Origin: an uncultured Lachnospiraceae bacterium
Lineage (GTDB): Bacteria > Bacillota > Clostridia > Lachnospirales > Lachnospiraceae
Assembly: GCA_910589195.1 (NCBI GenBank)
Contig: CAJUTC010000005.1
Location: 23,957-87,956, forward strand
Length of the DNA stretch: 64,000 nt
Direction of reading: 5' to 3'
Below are positions 1 to 9,527 of the stretch, piece by piece. How positions within the stretch are numbered: the stretch's first letter is position 1; every line of letters begins with the position of its first letter. The notes below the pieces were generated by a model. It searched no databases. It was not told the DNA's origin and saw only the letters and a program-made list of their open reading frames with translations. Position numbers and translations under genes: made by a program.

Positions 1-1751
1 TGCATAATGAAGCTGCTGAAAAGATTCTGTCCATGTCGGACGAACAGCAGGAAATCCTGTTTGCCATGAATAAGCTGTTTCTGGACACTTATTTCGTAAA
101 TTTTAGTACAGATGACTGCCGCTTTGTGGCTGCGACTTGTACGGAAAAATTCACCAGTAAACCACGTGGCAACTACGATAACATACTGCAAGAATACGTA
201 TCCAATTCCGTCCACAAAGCGGATCGCAGCATGGTTTCGAAATTTGGTTCACGGGAATACGCCAGAACCCAACTGACAAAGGAACACCCCTTTTATGCCT
301 TTACCTACCGGCGCTTGTTAGGCAACCAGTACCGATGGTACCGGATGCATTTAATCCTTTCCTCGATCCATCCCAGCGGCGCCCTGGGTAATGTAATCGT
401 TGCCTTTATGGATGTAAACGATGAACGGACGGCCTTGAAAGACGCTTACGATGCCGCCTTAAAGGCAAGTAAGGCCAAGAGCGAATTCCTGTCTGCTATG
501 AGCCATGATATCCGGACTCCCATGAACGGCATTATCGGGATGACCGCCATTGCTACCGCCCATCTAGACGAGCCGGTTAAAGTAGCAGACTGTTTAAGAA
601 AAATTGAACTTGCTTCCTGTCATATGAAGGATTTGATCAATCAGGTTCTTGATATGAGCAAGATTGAATCCGGCAAAACCACATTAGCAGAAACGCAGTT
701 TCAATTAATGGATTTGATTCAATCTGTAGATGGGATCATACGTTCCCAGGCTCAAGATAAGCATCAGCAATATTCCCTTTCAATCCGCAATATCTGCCAC
801 AACAGCCTGATGGGCGATATTCCCCGGCTGACACAAATACTGGTAAATATTGCCGGAAACGCGGTTAAATATACGCAGGAAGCGGGAACGATCAAGCTAG
901 ATATTACAGAGCTTCCCGCTACCAACCCAGATTATGCTAACCTCCAGTTTACTATTACAGACAACGGCATTGGAATGAGCGCCGAATTTCAGGCCCACCT
1001 ATTTGAGGCCTTTTCCCAGGAAGCTGAGTGGGCCAGGACAGAAGCCAAGGGTTCCGGCTTAGGCCTGGCAATTACCCATAATCTAGTTAATATGATGGGC
1101 GGCGCAATCCAGGTAAAAAGTAAATTAGGGGAAGGATCCACCTTCCTGGTTCATATTCCCCTTCCGATTATAAAAACCCCAGCCACACCACAAATTCCGT
1201 CTGGGGAAAACCTGTCCCAGTATCCTCCTATACAGCCGGATTTCCCCCCGGAAGGTTCTCCAATTGTGGAAAAAACCGGCGCCTCTTCCTGTGATCCTAA
1301 AAAGGCGGCGCCTCTTCCCCATTCTCTCTTTTCTCCTGAGGGAAAGCCACTTCCTGTTTATAAGGGAAAGCGGCTTTTAATTGCGGAAGATAATATTCTG
1401 AACCGGGAAATTTTAATGGAACTGCTAAAAGACCGGGAATGCTTAGTTGAAGCTGCTGAAAATGGGCAGATAGCGGTAAGCATGTTTTTAGATAAGCCCT
1501 CAGGATACTATCACGCTATCTTAATGGATATTCGGATGCCGGTTATGGACGGCTATGAAGCAGCTACAAAAATCCGGTCCTCAAATCATCCGGACGGCGC
1601 TAAAATACCTATTATTTCCATAAGCGCTGACGCGTTTTCCAACGACATGCACAAATCCCTTTGCTGTGGAATGAACGCCCATCTTCCAAAACCTTTGGAT
1701 TTCAACCTGCTGGATCAGGAATTACGGAAAGTTTTTTCAGACAAATTTTAA
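1..1751 (+). CDS. Hybrid sensor histidine kinase/response regulator (probably 5'-truncated by window edge)
   Basis: HisKA H-box FLSAMSHDIRTPMN, HATPase N/G boxes (NAVKYT, DNGIGM, GSGLGL), C-terminal receiver (LIAEDN, MDIRMPVMDG, KP). The frame is open from base 3 to the ATG at 33. Confidence 0.9.
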   Translation, partial: HNEAAEKILSMSDEQQEILFAMNKLFLDTYFVNFSTDDCRFVAATCTEKFTSKPRGNYDNILQEYVSNSVHKADRSMVSKFGSREYARTQLTKEHPFYAFTYRRLLGNQYRWYRMHLILSSIHPSGALGNVIVAFMDVNDERTALKDAYDAALKASKAKSEFLSAMSHDIRTPMNGIIGMTAIATAHLDEPVKVADCLRKIELASCHMKDLINQVLDMSKIESGKTTLAETQFQLMDLIQSVDGIIRSQAQDKHQQYSLSIRNICHNSLMGDIPRLTQILVNIAGNAVKYTQEAGTIKLDITELPATNPDYANLQFTITDNGIGMSAEFQAHLFEAFSQEAEWARTEAKGSGLGLAITHNLVNMMGGAIQVKSKLGEGSTFLVHIPLPIIKTPATPQIPSGENLSQYPPIQPDFPPEGSPIVEKTGASSCDPKKAAPLPHSLFSPEGKPLPVYKGKRLLIAEDNILNREILMELLKDRECLVEAAENGQIAVSMFLDKPSGYYHAILMDIRMPVMDGYEAATKIRSSNHPDGAKIPIISISADAFSNDMHKSLCCGMNAHLPKPLDFNLLDQELRKVFSDKF

Positions 1752-1754
1752 TGT

Positions 1755-1866
1755 GGAAAACGGGGCATTGCAAAATGGCGGATTCCCCATAATCAGGCAG
1801 CCAATACTCTGTAGATTTCAGCCTGATATGGTGGGAAATGCCTAATTTTGCAGTGCCCCGTTTTCC
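1755..1866. repeat. Long imperfect palindrome (MITE/REP-like), likely also a bidirectional terminator
   Basis: Arms GGAAAACGGGGCATTGCAAAAT (1755-1776) and ATTTTGCAGTGCCCCGTTTTCC (1845-1866), 1 mismatch; inner arms also complementary; lies between convergent genes. Confidence 0.75.
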
Positions 1867-1883
1867 TATATTGTTCCTATCGC

Positions 1884-3203
1884 TTACATCTCTGCCGAAA
1901 CAAAAATGTCATAAATTGCTTTGATTGCCGCTTCAAAGTCTGAATTTTTCACACCGATAATAATATTTAATTCACTGGATCCCTGGTCAATCATCTTTAC
2001 GTTAATCCTGGCATGGGCAAGGGCGGAAAAGATCCTTCCGGCAGTGCCTCTGGATGCTTTCATCCCTCTCCCTACTACCGCGACTAAAGCCAAATCCGAT
2101 TCCATTTCCAGAAAATCCGGTTCTACTGCCCTGTGGATCCCGGCAATGACGGATTGCTCATACTCTTCAAACTCTGACTGGTGAACCAGAACGGTCATGG
2201 TATCAATCCCGGAAGGCATATGTTCAAAGGAAATCCCAAAATGCTCAAACACTTCAAGAACCTTACGCCCAAATCCCACCTCCGCATTCATCATGGCCTT
2301 TTCAATATTAATGGAACAAAATCCTTTTTTTCCCGCAATTCCGGTTATGGTGTAGCGTGGTTTCCGGACTGTGCTTTCCACAATTAAAGTCCCTTTATCA
2401 TCCGGGCGGTTCGTATTGCGGATATTAATGGGGATACCTTCCCGGCGTACCGGGAAAATCGCGTCTTCATGGAGCACGCTGGCACCCATATAGGCCAGTT
2501 CCCGCAGCTCTTTATAGGTAATAGTTTCAATCACCTCCGGATTTTTAATGATCCTGGGATCGGCTACCAAAAATCCGGATACGTCAGTCCAGTTTTCATA
2601 CATATCTGCATGGATCGCTTTCGCCACAATCGAACCGGTTACATCGGAACCGCCTCTGGAAAAGGTTTTAATAGTTCCGTCATGCTTGGAACCATAAAAT
2701 CCCGGAATCACTGCCCGTTCCACATGCTCTAGCCGTTCTTTCAGCTCCTGATTGGTGGTATCTGGCTCAAAATTCCCTTCCTCGTCAAAGAAGATCACCT
2801 GGGCAGCATCGATAAATTCATATCCCAAATACGCTGCCATAATCATTCCGTTTAAATATTCTCCTCTGGAAGCAGCATAATCCCTTCCAGCTTTATTTAC
2901 AAAATTTTCTTCTATATTGGCAAATTCGTGCTCCAGGCTTAAGTTGATATCCAGTCCCTCTATAATTTCCTCATACCGGTTTCTGATTTTTTCCAGGATT
3001 TTCTTATAGCTTCTTCCCTCAGAAGCGGCATCGTAACACTGGTACAGCATATCGGTAACTTTTTCATCTTTGTCATTCCGTTTTCCCGGGGCAGAGGGAA
3101 CCACGTATCGCCTTGCTTTTTCGCTGCGGATAATATCGCCTACTTTTTTAAACTGCCTTGCACTGGCTAAGGAACTGCCGCCAAACTTTACAACCTTTTT
3201 CAT
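1884..3203 (-). CDS. lysC: Aspartate kinase
   Basis: VVKFGGSSLA, VVPSAPG, SRGGSD, WTDVSG..ADPRI motifs; two C-terminal ACT domains. Confidence 0.92.
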   Translation of the reverse strand: MKKVVKFGGSSLASARQFKKVGDIIRSEKARRYVVPSAPGKRNDKDEKVTDMLYQCYDAASEGRSYKKILEKIRNRYEEIIEGLDINLSLEHEFANIEENFVNKAGRDYAASRGEYLNGMIMAAYLGYEFIDAAQVIFFDEEGNFEPDTTNQELKERLEHVERAVIPGFYGSKHDGTIKTFSRGGSDVTGSIVAKAIHADMYENWTDVSGFLVADPRIIKNPEVIETITYKELRELAYMGASVLHEDAIFPVRREGIPINIRNTNRPDDKGTLIVESTVRKPRYTITGIAGKKGFCSINIEKAMMNAEVGFGRKVLEVFEHFGISFEHMPSGIDTMTVLVHQSEFEEYEQSVIAGIHRAVEPDFLEMESDLALVAVVGRGMKASRGTAGRIFSALAHARINVKMIDQGSSELNIIIGVKNSDFEAAIKAIYDIFVSAEM

Positions 3204-3307
3204 AGTCGGTCTTCTCCTCTGATATTTTATGTCTGAGATTGCCTTTCATTTCTCTTCGGTCTGTCCGCCTTATATAGACTTTTGTACGATTGAGAAATAC
3301 AACGAAA

Positions 3308-3336
3308 ATCATACACGATATTTTTTTTGCTGTCAA
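3308..3336 (-). promoter_or_regulatory. Sigma-A promoter of aspartate kinase
   Basis: TTGACA-17 nt-TATGAT on the minus strand. Confidence 0.7.
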
Positions 3337-3384
3337 GAAAAACTTTAGTTCCCTTCCAGATTTCCTTCCCGGATTTTCTTTTTG

Positions 3385-6300
3385 TCAGCGGAAATACTTC
3401 ACGCCTGATTCAAATAGTTTTAGATCCTGTTCTCCGTAAATATTAAGGGCTACCCCTTCGCCTCTCCGTTCCGAATGGGCCATTTTCCCTAAAATCCGGC
3501 CATCGGGGCTGGTGATCCCCTCGATAGCCATGTAGGAGCCGTTGGGATTCCAGAATTCATCCATGGTAGCCTGTCCCTTGTCGTCTACATATTGTGTGGC
3601 TACCTGTCCATTTTCAAATAAACGGTTTATCCACTCTTTGTTGGCCACAAACCGCCCTTCTCCGTGGGAGGCTGGATTGCAGTACACAGACCCTAGCTCT
3701 GCGCCCATAAGCCACGGAGATTTGTTGGAGGCTACTTTTGTATAGACCATTTTGGACACGTGGCGGCCAATAGTGTTCATGGCAAGGGTAGGCGAGCTTT
3801 CGGTCTGCTGGGTTATCCTGCCCTCCGGCAGCAGTCCCAGCTTGATCAAAGCCTGGAAGCCGTTGCAGATTCCAAGCATCAGGCCGTCCCGGTTTGTAAG
3901 CAGTTTTTCCACTTCCTCCTGGATCACGGGATTTCGGAACACGGCGGCAAAAAATTTAGCAGAACCTTCTGGTTCATCGCCGGCGGAAAAGCCGCCGGGG
4001 AACATTACGATCTGGGCCTTAGAAATCTCTTTTTGGTATTCCGCTACCGAATCCCTGATATCCTGGGCAGACAAGTTTTTAAATACCACATGGGACACGC
4101 TGGCTCCTGCCCGTTCAAACGCCTTTGCGCTGTCGTATTCACAATTCGTTCCTGGAAATACCGGAATAAATACATGTGGCTGTGCCAGTTTATGCTGGCA
4201 TACATAGATGCTTTCCGGTTTCGCCTCATATACGGCCTGGGAAACCGGGGTTTGCTTTACACCGGATTTTGTTGGGAATACCTGTTCCAAGGTTCCCATC
4301 CAGGCTGACAATGCCTCTTCCATGGCAATGGCGGTCTGGCCATATTCAAACATACCCTTATCTGTCACTTCCCCGATTACCGTATAAGAAATAGAAAGTT
4401 CCCCTACCTTGCCTTCCGGAACCTCACAAAGGATCGAACCCCAATCAGCCGCAAAGAAATCCCTTGGATCCACATGATGTTCGATTTTAACTCCCAGCTT
4501 ATTTCCAAAAGCCATTTTGCTGACTGCTTCTGCCAGGCCTCTGCCTTCCACTGCATAAGCGGAAATAATCCTTCCCGCTTTGATATCCTGATGGAGCTTT
4601 CCATAACCATCCTTAATCTGTCCGTAATCTGGCAAATCATAGGAATCCCTCTGAATCCGGAATACCGCTAACTTGCTGCCAGGACGCTTCAGCTCCGGCG
4701 TAATAATGGAGTTACGGCTGGCCACATCTACCGCAAAGGAAACCAGCGTAGGCGGAACATTAATTTCTCCATGGGCAGCATCATCAAACGTGCCTGACAT
4801 GGAATCCTTTCCTCCGATGGATGGCAGGCCAAATCCCAACTGAGCAGCATACGCCCCCAGCAATGCGGAAAATGGCTGGCTCCAGCGGCTTTTTTCTTCT
4901 GTCATCCTCTGAAAATACTCTTGGAAGGTAAAGCGGATTTTGCTGAAATCACCTCCGGCTGCCACAATTTTTGCCACAGAAGATACCACAGCGTAAACGG
5001 CTCCGTGATAAGGACTCCATGTTGACAGATAGGGATCAAACCCGTAGCTCATCATCGTAACCGTATCCGTATTGCCTTTCATTACCGGAAGATTGGCCAC
5101 CATAGCCTGGGTTTCTGTTAACTGGTAGATTCCGCCGTAGGGCATGAATACACTTCCCGCGCCGATGGAACTGTCAAACATTTCCACCAGGCCCTTCTGG
5201 GAACATACATTTAACGAAGCTAATAAATTCAGCCAGTCCTGCTTCACATCGCCTACTTCTTTTTTATCAAATACATTTCCTTCCTTTGAAGGGATCTGCA
5301 CCGTAACGTCCGCTTCCTGATGGGCTCCATTGGTATCTAAAAAGCTGCGGCTTAAATCTACAATCGTCTTTCCCCTCCAAGTCATCACCAGGCGGGGCTG
5401 TTTTGTTACCACGGCAACCGTAACTGCCTCCAGGTTTTCCTGGGCGGCATACTCTAAAAATGGTTTTACATCTTTCGGATCCACCACCACGGCCATCCGT
5501 TCCTGCGACTCGGAAATGGCAATCTCTGTCCCGTCTAACCCGGCATATTTTTTCGGCACCTGATCCAAATCAATTTTTAACCCATCAGCCAGCTCGCCAA
5601 TGGCCACGGAAACCCCGCCTGCTCCAAAGTCATTGCACTTTTTAATCAGCCTGGAAACCTCCGGCCGCCGGAACATCCTTTGAATCTTCCGCTCCGTAGG
5701 GGCATTTCCCTTCTGCACCTCAGCGCCGCATACTTCAATGGAAGCTTCTGTGTGAACCTTAGAGGAACCTGTAGCGCCTCCGATCCCATCCCTTCCAGTT
5801 CGTCCTCCTAACAAAATGATAATATCCCCCGGTTCGGAAGTTTCCCGAATTACATCCTTCCTGGGAGCCGCTCCCATAACCGCCCCGATCTCCATACGCT
5901 TTGCCGCGTAGCCAGGATGATAAATCTCTTTTACGTATCCAGTAGCCAGTCCAATCTGGTTTCCGTACGAGCTGTAGCCGTGGGCAGCTTCTGTTACAAT
6001 CTTCCTCTGGGGAAGCTTGCCAGGAAGGGTTTCCTTTAAAGGTTTTGTAGGATCTGCCGCCCCGGTAACACGCATGGCCTGATACACATAAGTCCGGCCA
6101 GACAAAGGATCCCGGATGGCTCCGCCTAAACAAGTAGCGGCGCCGCCGAAGGGTTCAATCTCCGTAGGATGGTTATGGGTTTCATTTTTAAAATTAATCA
6201 GCCATTCCTCAGTTACTCCGTCTATTGTAACGGGAACCACAATGGAACAGGCATTGATTTCCTCAGAAACTTCCAAATCCTCAAGCTTCCCTTCTGCCCG

Positions 6301-7155
6301 CAGCTTTTTCATTCCTATAAGGGCTAAATCCATCAGGCAGATAAACTTATCCTTCCGCCCCTTATAAATTTCCTGACGATCCTTTTGATACTGGTTATAA
6401 GTATCTTCAATGGGGCTTTTATAATCGCCGTCAGTAAATGTCACATTCTTTAACTCCGTCGAAAAGGTAGTATGGCGGCAATGATCCGACCAGTACGTAT
6501 CCAAAACCCGAATCTCCGTTACAGAAGGGTTTCTGCCCTCCTGATTTTTAAAGTAATTCTGGATATGCTTAAAATCTTTCAACGTCATTGCAAGATTCAG
6601 GGAATCATAAAGGTCTTTTAACGCCTCTTCTTCCATGCTGCAAAAGCCCTCAAAAACCGCCACATCCTTTGGGGTTTCAAATTCCGTCACCAAGGTCTGC
6701 GGCTTATCCTGCCCCGCTTCCCTGGAATCAACCGGATTAATGCAGAAGGACTTCACCGCCTGGATCTGTTCTTGGCTGAATGTGCCTGAGATTACATAAG
6801 TGGTGGCAGAGCGGATCACTGGCTCTTCATCTTCCTTTAACAGTTTCACGCATTGTTCCGCTGAATCTGCCCTCTGGTCAAACTGCCCGGGCAAATATTC
6901 CACAGAAAATACCGTATCCCCCTGCTGTACCGGAAACACCTCTTCATAAACCTCATCTACTGGAGGCTCGGAAAAAATCGTCATCCGTGCTTTCTGATAG
7001 ATTTCCTCTGATAAGTTTTCAATATCGTAACGAATCAGTACCCGGACATTCGTTACGCCATCAATTCCTAAATAACGTTCAATCTCTTCACGAAGTTCCT
7101 TTGCCTTTACCGCAAAGTCCTGTTTCTTCTCCACAAAAATCCGTTTTACGCCCAT
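3385..7155 (-). CDS. purL: Phosphoribosylformylglycinamidine synthase, large fused form
   Basis: WSDHCRH, NETHNHPTEIEP, glutaminase domain LGICNGFQ and MAHSER. ATG at 7155 follows the GAGGAGG SD. Confidence 0.95.
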   Translation of the reverse strand: MGVKRIFVEKKQDFAVKAKELREEIERYLGIDGVTNVRVLIRYDIENLSEEIYQKARMTIFSEPPVDEVYEEVFPVQQGDTVFSVEYLPGQFDQRADSAEQCVKLLKEDEEPVIRSATTYVISGTFSQEQIQAVKSFCINPVDSREAGQDKPQTLVTEFETPKDVAVFEGFCSMEEEALKDLYDSLNLAMTLKDFKHIQNYFKNQEGRNPSVTEIRVLDTYWSDHCRHTTFSTELKNVTFTDGDYKSPIEDTYNQYQKDRQEIYKGRKDKFICLMDLALIGMKKLRAEGKLEDLEVSEEINACSIVVPVTIDGVTEEWLINFKNETHNHPTEIEPFGGAATCLGGAIRDPLSGRTYVYQAMRVTGAADPTKPLKETLPGKLPQRKIVTEAAHGYSSYGNQIGLATGYVKEIYHPGYAAKRMEIGAVMGAAPRKDVIRETSEPGDIIILLGGRTGRDGIGGATGSSKVHTEASIEVCGAEVQKGNAPTERKIQRMFRRPEVSRLIKKCNDFGAGGVSVAIGELADGLKIDLDQVPKKYAGLDGTEIAISESQERMAVVVDPKDVKPFLEYAAQENLEAVTVAVVTKQPRLVMTWRGKTIVDLSRSFLDTNGAHQEADVTVQIPSKEGNVFDKKEVGDVKQDWLNLLASLNVCSQKGLVEMFDSSIGAGSVFMPYGGIYQLTETQAMVANLPVMKGNTDTVTMMSYGFDPYLSTWSPYHGAVYAVVSSVAKIVAAGGDFSKIRFTFQEYFQRMTEEKSRWSQPFSALLGAYAAQLGFGLPSIGGKDSMSGTFDDAAHGEINVPPTLVSFAVDVASRNSIITPELKRPGSKLAVFRIQRDSYDLPDYGQIKDGYGKLHQDIKAGRIISAYAVEGRGLAEAVSKMAFGNKLGVKIEHHVDPRDFFAADWGSILCEVPEGKVGELSISYTVIGEVTDKGMFEYGQTAIAMEEALSAWMGTLEQVFPTKSGVKQTPVSQAVYEAKPESIYVCQHKLAQPHVFIPVFPGTNCEYDSAKAFERAGASVSHVVFKNLSAQDIRDSVAEYQKEISKAQIVMFPGGFSAGDEPEGSAKFFAAVFRNPVIQEEVEKLLTNRDGLMLGICNGFQALIKLGLLPEGRITQQTESSPTLAMNTIGRHVSKMVYTKVASNKSPWLMGAELGSVYCNPASHGEGRFVANKEWINRLFENGQVATQYVDDKGQATMDEFWNPNGSYMAIEGITSPDGRILGKMAHSERRGEGVALNIYGEQDLKLFESGVKYFR

Positions 7156-7312
7156 ACCTTTCCTCCTCATCATTTGGTTTTTGTGTCATATACTTCTTAT
7201 GCCTGCAGCAGATCCATCCGGGCAGGCCATATCAGCAACATGATTCTCGGCTGCCAGCGTCCAGTCACTAATTAGCCCAGTAGGAAAGACCTGTAAAATT
7301 CCTATACAGCAA

Positions 7313-7346
7313 AAGGACAGATGGCAAAATCCTATCATCTGTCCTT
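7313..7346 (-). terminator. Stem-loop between pfk and purL
   Basis: AAGGACAGATG / CATCTGTCCTT 11-bp inverted repeat with a short U run on the minus strand; terminator or purL 5' leader hairpin. Confidence 0.5.
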
Positions 7347-7499
7347 ATCATATCACACCCATTATAAATAAGTAAAATTAATAACTTTTATACATTTTAT
7401 TAGTTTTACTAATAAATTTCATTCAAATATTTCGTACAAACCTTCCTTCAATTTGGAAAAGGCCTTGTGGAATGCTGCACTGCCATGAAAAGCTTACGC

Positions 7500-8750
7500 T
7501 TACACTTCCCCTTCTACATCGGTATAATACAAATGTCTGGGAAGTCCGTCGGTCATAATTGGAGTCAGTTCCGCCTGGATCAACGGCTTAATATAGTTTA
7601 CAAACTCTGGTTTTACAAAATCACCTTCTTCATTGATCCATTCCCTTGGAACCTTCTTTTCTACATTCGCAATCTTATGTACATCGTAAATATCCGTTAC
7701 ACAGATATAGGGATCATCCGAAACCCTCTTTAAGATGATCATTTTTCCGGTTTCCCCTTCATGGGCAGCTTTTACAGCAGCCCCTCCTACCTGGAAAGCC
7801 TCCGTAATGTCCACACGGGAAACAATATGGGACGCGCACCGCTGCAGGGAATTAAACTCAATGGCACGGGTTTTGCACCCTACCTCCCGGTTAATCTTTT
7901 CTGCTAAATACCGTGCTGTACCAGTTAACTGCTTATGTCCGAAGGCGTCCACAAAATCAATACCATCCGTCAGTTCGCAGACATATTTGCCATCTTCCGT
8001 TTTCACGCCTTCTGAAACGGCAACTACCACAGATTTCTTTTTTTGATGGAGATCTGCTACCTTCTTCATAAACCAGTCCACATTAAAGGGAAGTTCCGGA
8101 AGGAAAATCATATCCGGCCCAGGGCAGTCTTCACATTTAGCCAGGGCAGCGGCTCCTGTAAGCCAGCCTGCATTCCGGCCCATAATCTCCAGAATGGTTA
8201 CATTCTGCTGATCATATACTAGCCCGTCCCGTATCACCTCTTTCGTAATGGCGCCAATGTACTTTGCCGCGCTTCCGAATCCAGGGGTATGATCCGTAAC
8301 CGCCAAATCGTTATCAATGGTCTTTGGCACACCCATAAAACGGATCTTGCTTCCATTTAGCAAGGCATAATCTGAAAGCTTTTTAATGGTGTCCATAGAA
8401 TCATTTCCCCCAATATAGAAGAAATATTCAATTTCCAGCTTGTCCAGGATAGAAAAAATCTTATCATAAATCTCCCGATCCTGACTGATATCCGGCAGTT
8501 TAAAACGGCAAGAACCTAAATATGCTGAAGGAGTACGCTTTAACAGCTCAATATCAAGATCATTTTTAATATGGTTTTCCAGATCCACATATCGGTTTTC
8601 CAAAAGCCCCTGGATACCATGAACCATTCCGTATACTTTGTTAGCTCCTCGATCTTTTGCCGTCTTAAATACACCTACTAAACTGGAATTAATAACTGCC
8701 GTAGGGCCGCCAGACTGGCCTACAATCACATTTCCCCTAACTGCTCCCAT
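7500..8750 (-). CDS. Phosphofructokinase, PPi-dependent type (paralog 1)
   Basis: GQSGGPT, GGNDSMDT, PKTIDND, MGRNAGW. Asp in GGND and Lys in PKTIDND are the PPi-PFK signature. ATG at 8750 with GGAGG SD. Confidence 0.88.
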   Translation of the reverse strand: MGAVRGNVIVGQSGGPTAVINSSLVGVFKTAKDRGANKVYGMVHGIQGLLENRYVDLENHIKNDLDIELLKRTPSAYLGSCRFKLPDISQDREIYDKIFSILDKLEIEYFFYIGGNDSMDTIKKLSDYALLNGSKIRFMGVPKTIDNDLAVTDHTPGFGSAAKYIGAITKEVIRDGLVYDQQNVTILEIMGRNAGWLTGAAALAKCEDCPGPDMIFLPELPFNVDWFMKKVADLHQKKKSVVVAVSEGVKTEDGKYVCELTDGIDFVDAFGHKQLTGTARYLAEKINREVGCKTRAIEFNSLQRCASHIVSRVDITEAFQVGGAAVKAAHEGETGKMIILKRVSDDPYICVTDIYDVHKIANVEKKVPREWINEEGDFVKPEFVNYIKPLIQAELTPIMTDGLPRHLYYTDVEGEV

Positions 8751-8771
8751 AATAAAATACCTCCAATTTAC

Positions 8772-8785
8772 TGCAAACGTGTGCA
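8772..8785. promoter_or_regulatory. LacI/CcpA-family operator candidate
   Basis: TGCAAACGTGTGCA near-palindrome with central CG, just downstream of a TTGCAG-17-TATGAT promoter (8800-8828, minus). Confidence 0.5.
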
Positions 8786-8905
8786 CTTTCTTTTTTCTTA
8801 TCATACTATCCATTTCGGAAATCTGCAAGCAAATTTTAACAATTTTACTAATAAATATTTATTTAACAATGATTTATTACCTATTATGCCAGAAATCATA
8901 GTTTC

Positions 8906-9451
8906 TCAGCCTTCTCCGGTAACGCTTAACGCATCCACTGCCAGTTTCATAATATCCTTGATTTCTTCTGAAGTCATCCCCATGCCCATTGCCAATTCTT
9001 CTACGGTAGCTTCCCGTCCCAATTCCTCTGCCAATTTACTAGAAATCTCCTGCAATACATTCACACGTGCTGCCATGGTTTCCCCTATCTTTTTCTCCTC
9101 TTGCTGCTCCTGGATTGCTTTTTGCAGAGAAGACAGGATGTTTTCTCTCGCAAAGCCAAGAAAATCACCACCCTGATAGTTAGATGCCGCCATAGTCAAA
9201 GCTAAGTTTGCTTCCTGAACCAAATCGCTCATGGGAAGCCCCTTGTCACGGTAATCCTTAGCCGCTGCCAAAGCAAAAATCAAATGGCCTTCAATCAGGC
9301 GTTTTCTGGCGCTTTCATTTCCTAAAAGAACCTGATTTTGCAGCTCCTCCCTCTCCTGATCGGTACATGGACGGATTTCTTTCAGCTCGTCCAGATACAT
9401 TTGGTAATATCCTTCGTCCGGATTGTGGATTTTCTGTGATGCTTCTTTCAT
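8906..9451 (-). CDS. Truncated sigma-70 family protein (regions 1.2, 2 and 3; no region 4)
   Basis: QMYLDEL (1.2), ARKRLIEGHL..AKDY..KGLPMSDLVQEANLAL (2.1-2.2), LGREATVEELA (3); AAAGGAG SD. Confidence 0.8.
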   Translation of the reverse strand: MKEASQKIHNPDEGYYQMYLDELKEIRPCTDQEREELQNQVLLGNESARKRLIEGHLIFALAAAKDYRDKGLPMSDLVQEANLALTMAASNYQGGDFLGFARENILSSLQKAIQEQQEEKKIGETMAARVNVLQEISSKLAEELGREATVEELAMGMGMTSEEIKDIMKLAVDALSVTGEG

Positions 9452-9527
9452 ATGAATTCTCCTTTCTCTCTTTCCAAAGTCTTAATTTAGTGGTAAAATA
9501 AAGGTGTACTTATTAGGAGGACTTATA

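Noticed and set aside
3204..3307. Lysine riboswitch before aspartate kinase
   Set aside because: The leader is only about 100 nt and lacks L-box motifs.
7200..7290. ZMP/ZTP, purine or PRPP riboswitch before purL
   Set aside because: GTGACTGG is present on the minus strand, but the GTGG..CCAC..GGGAG core and 3' CGCCTGGGC of ZTP aptamers are absent; no purine or ykkC core motifs.
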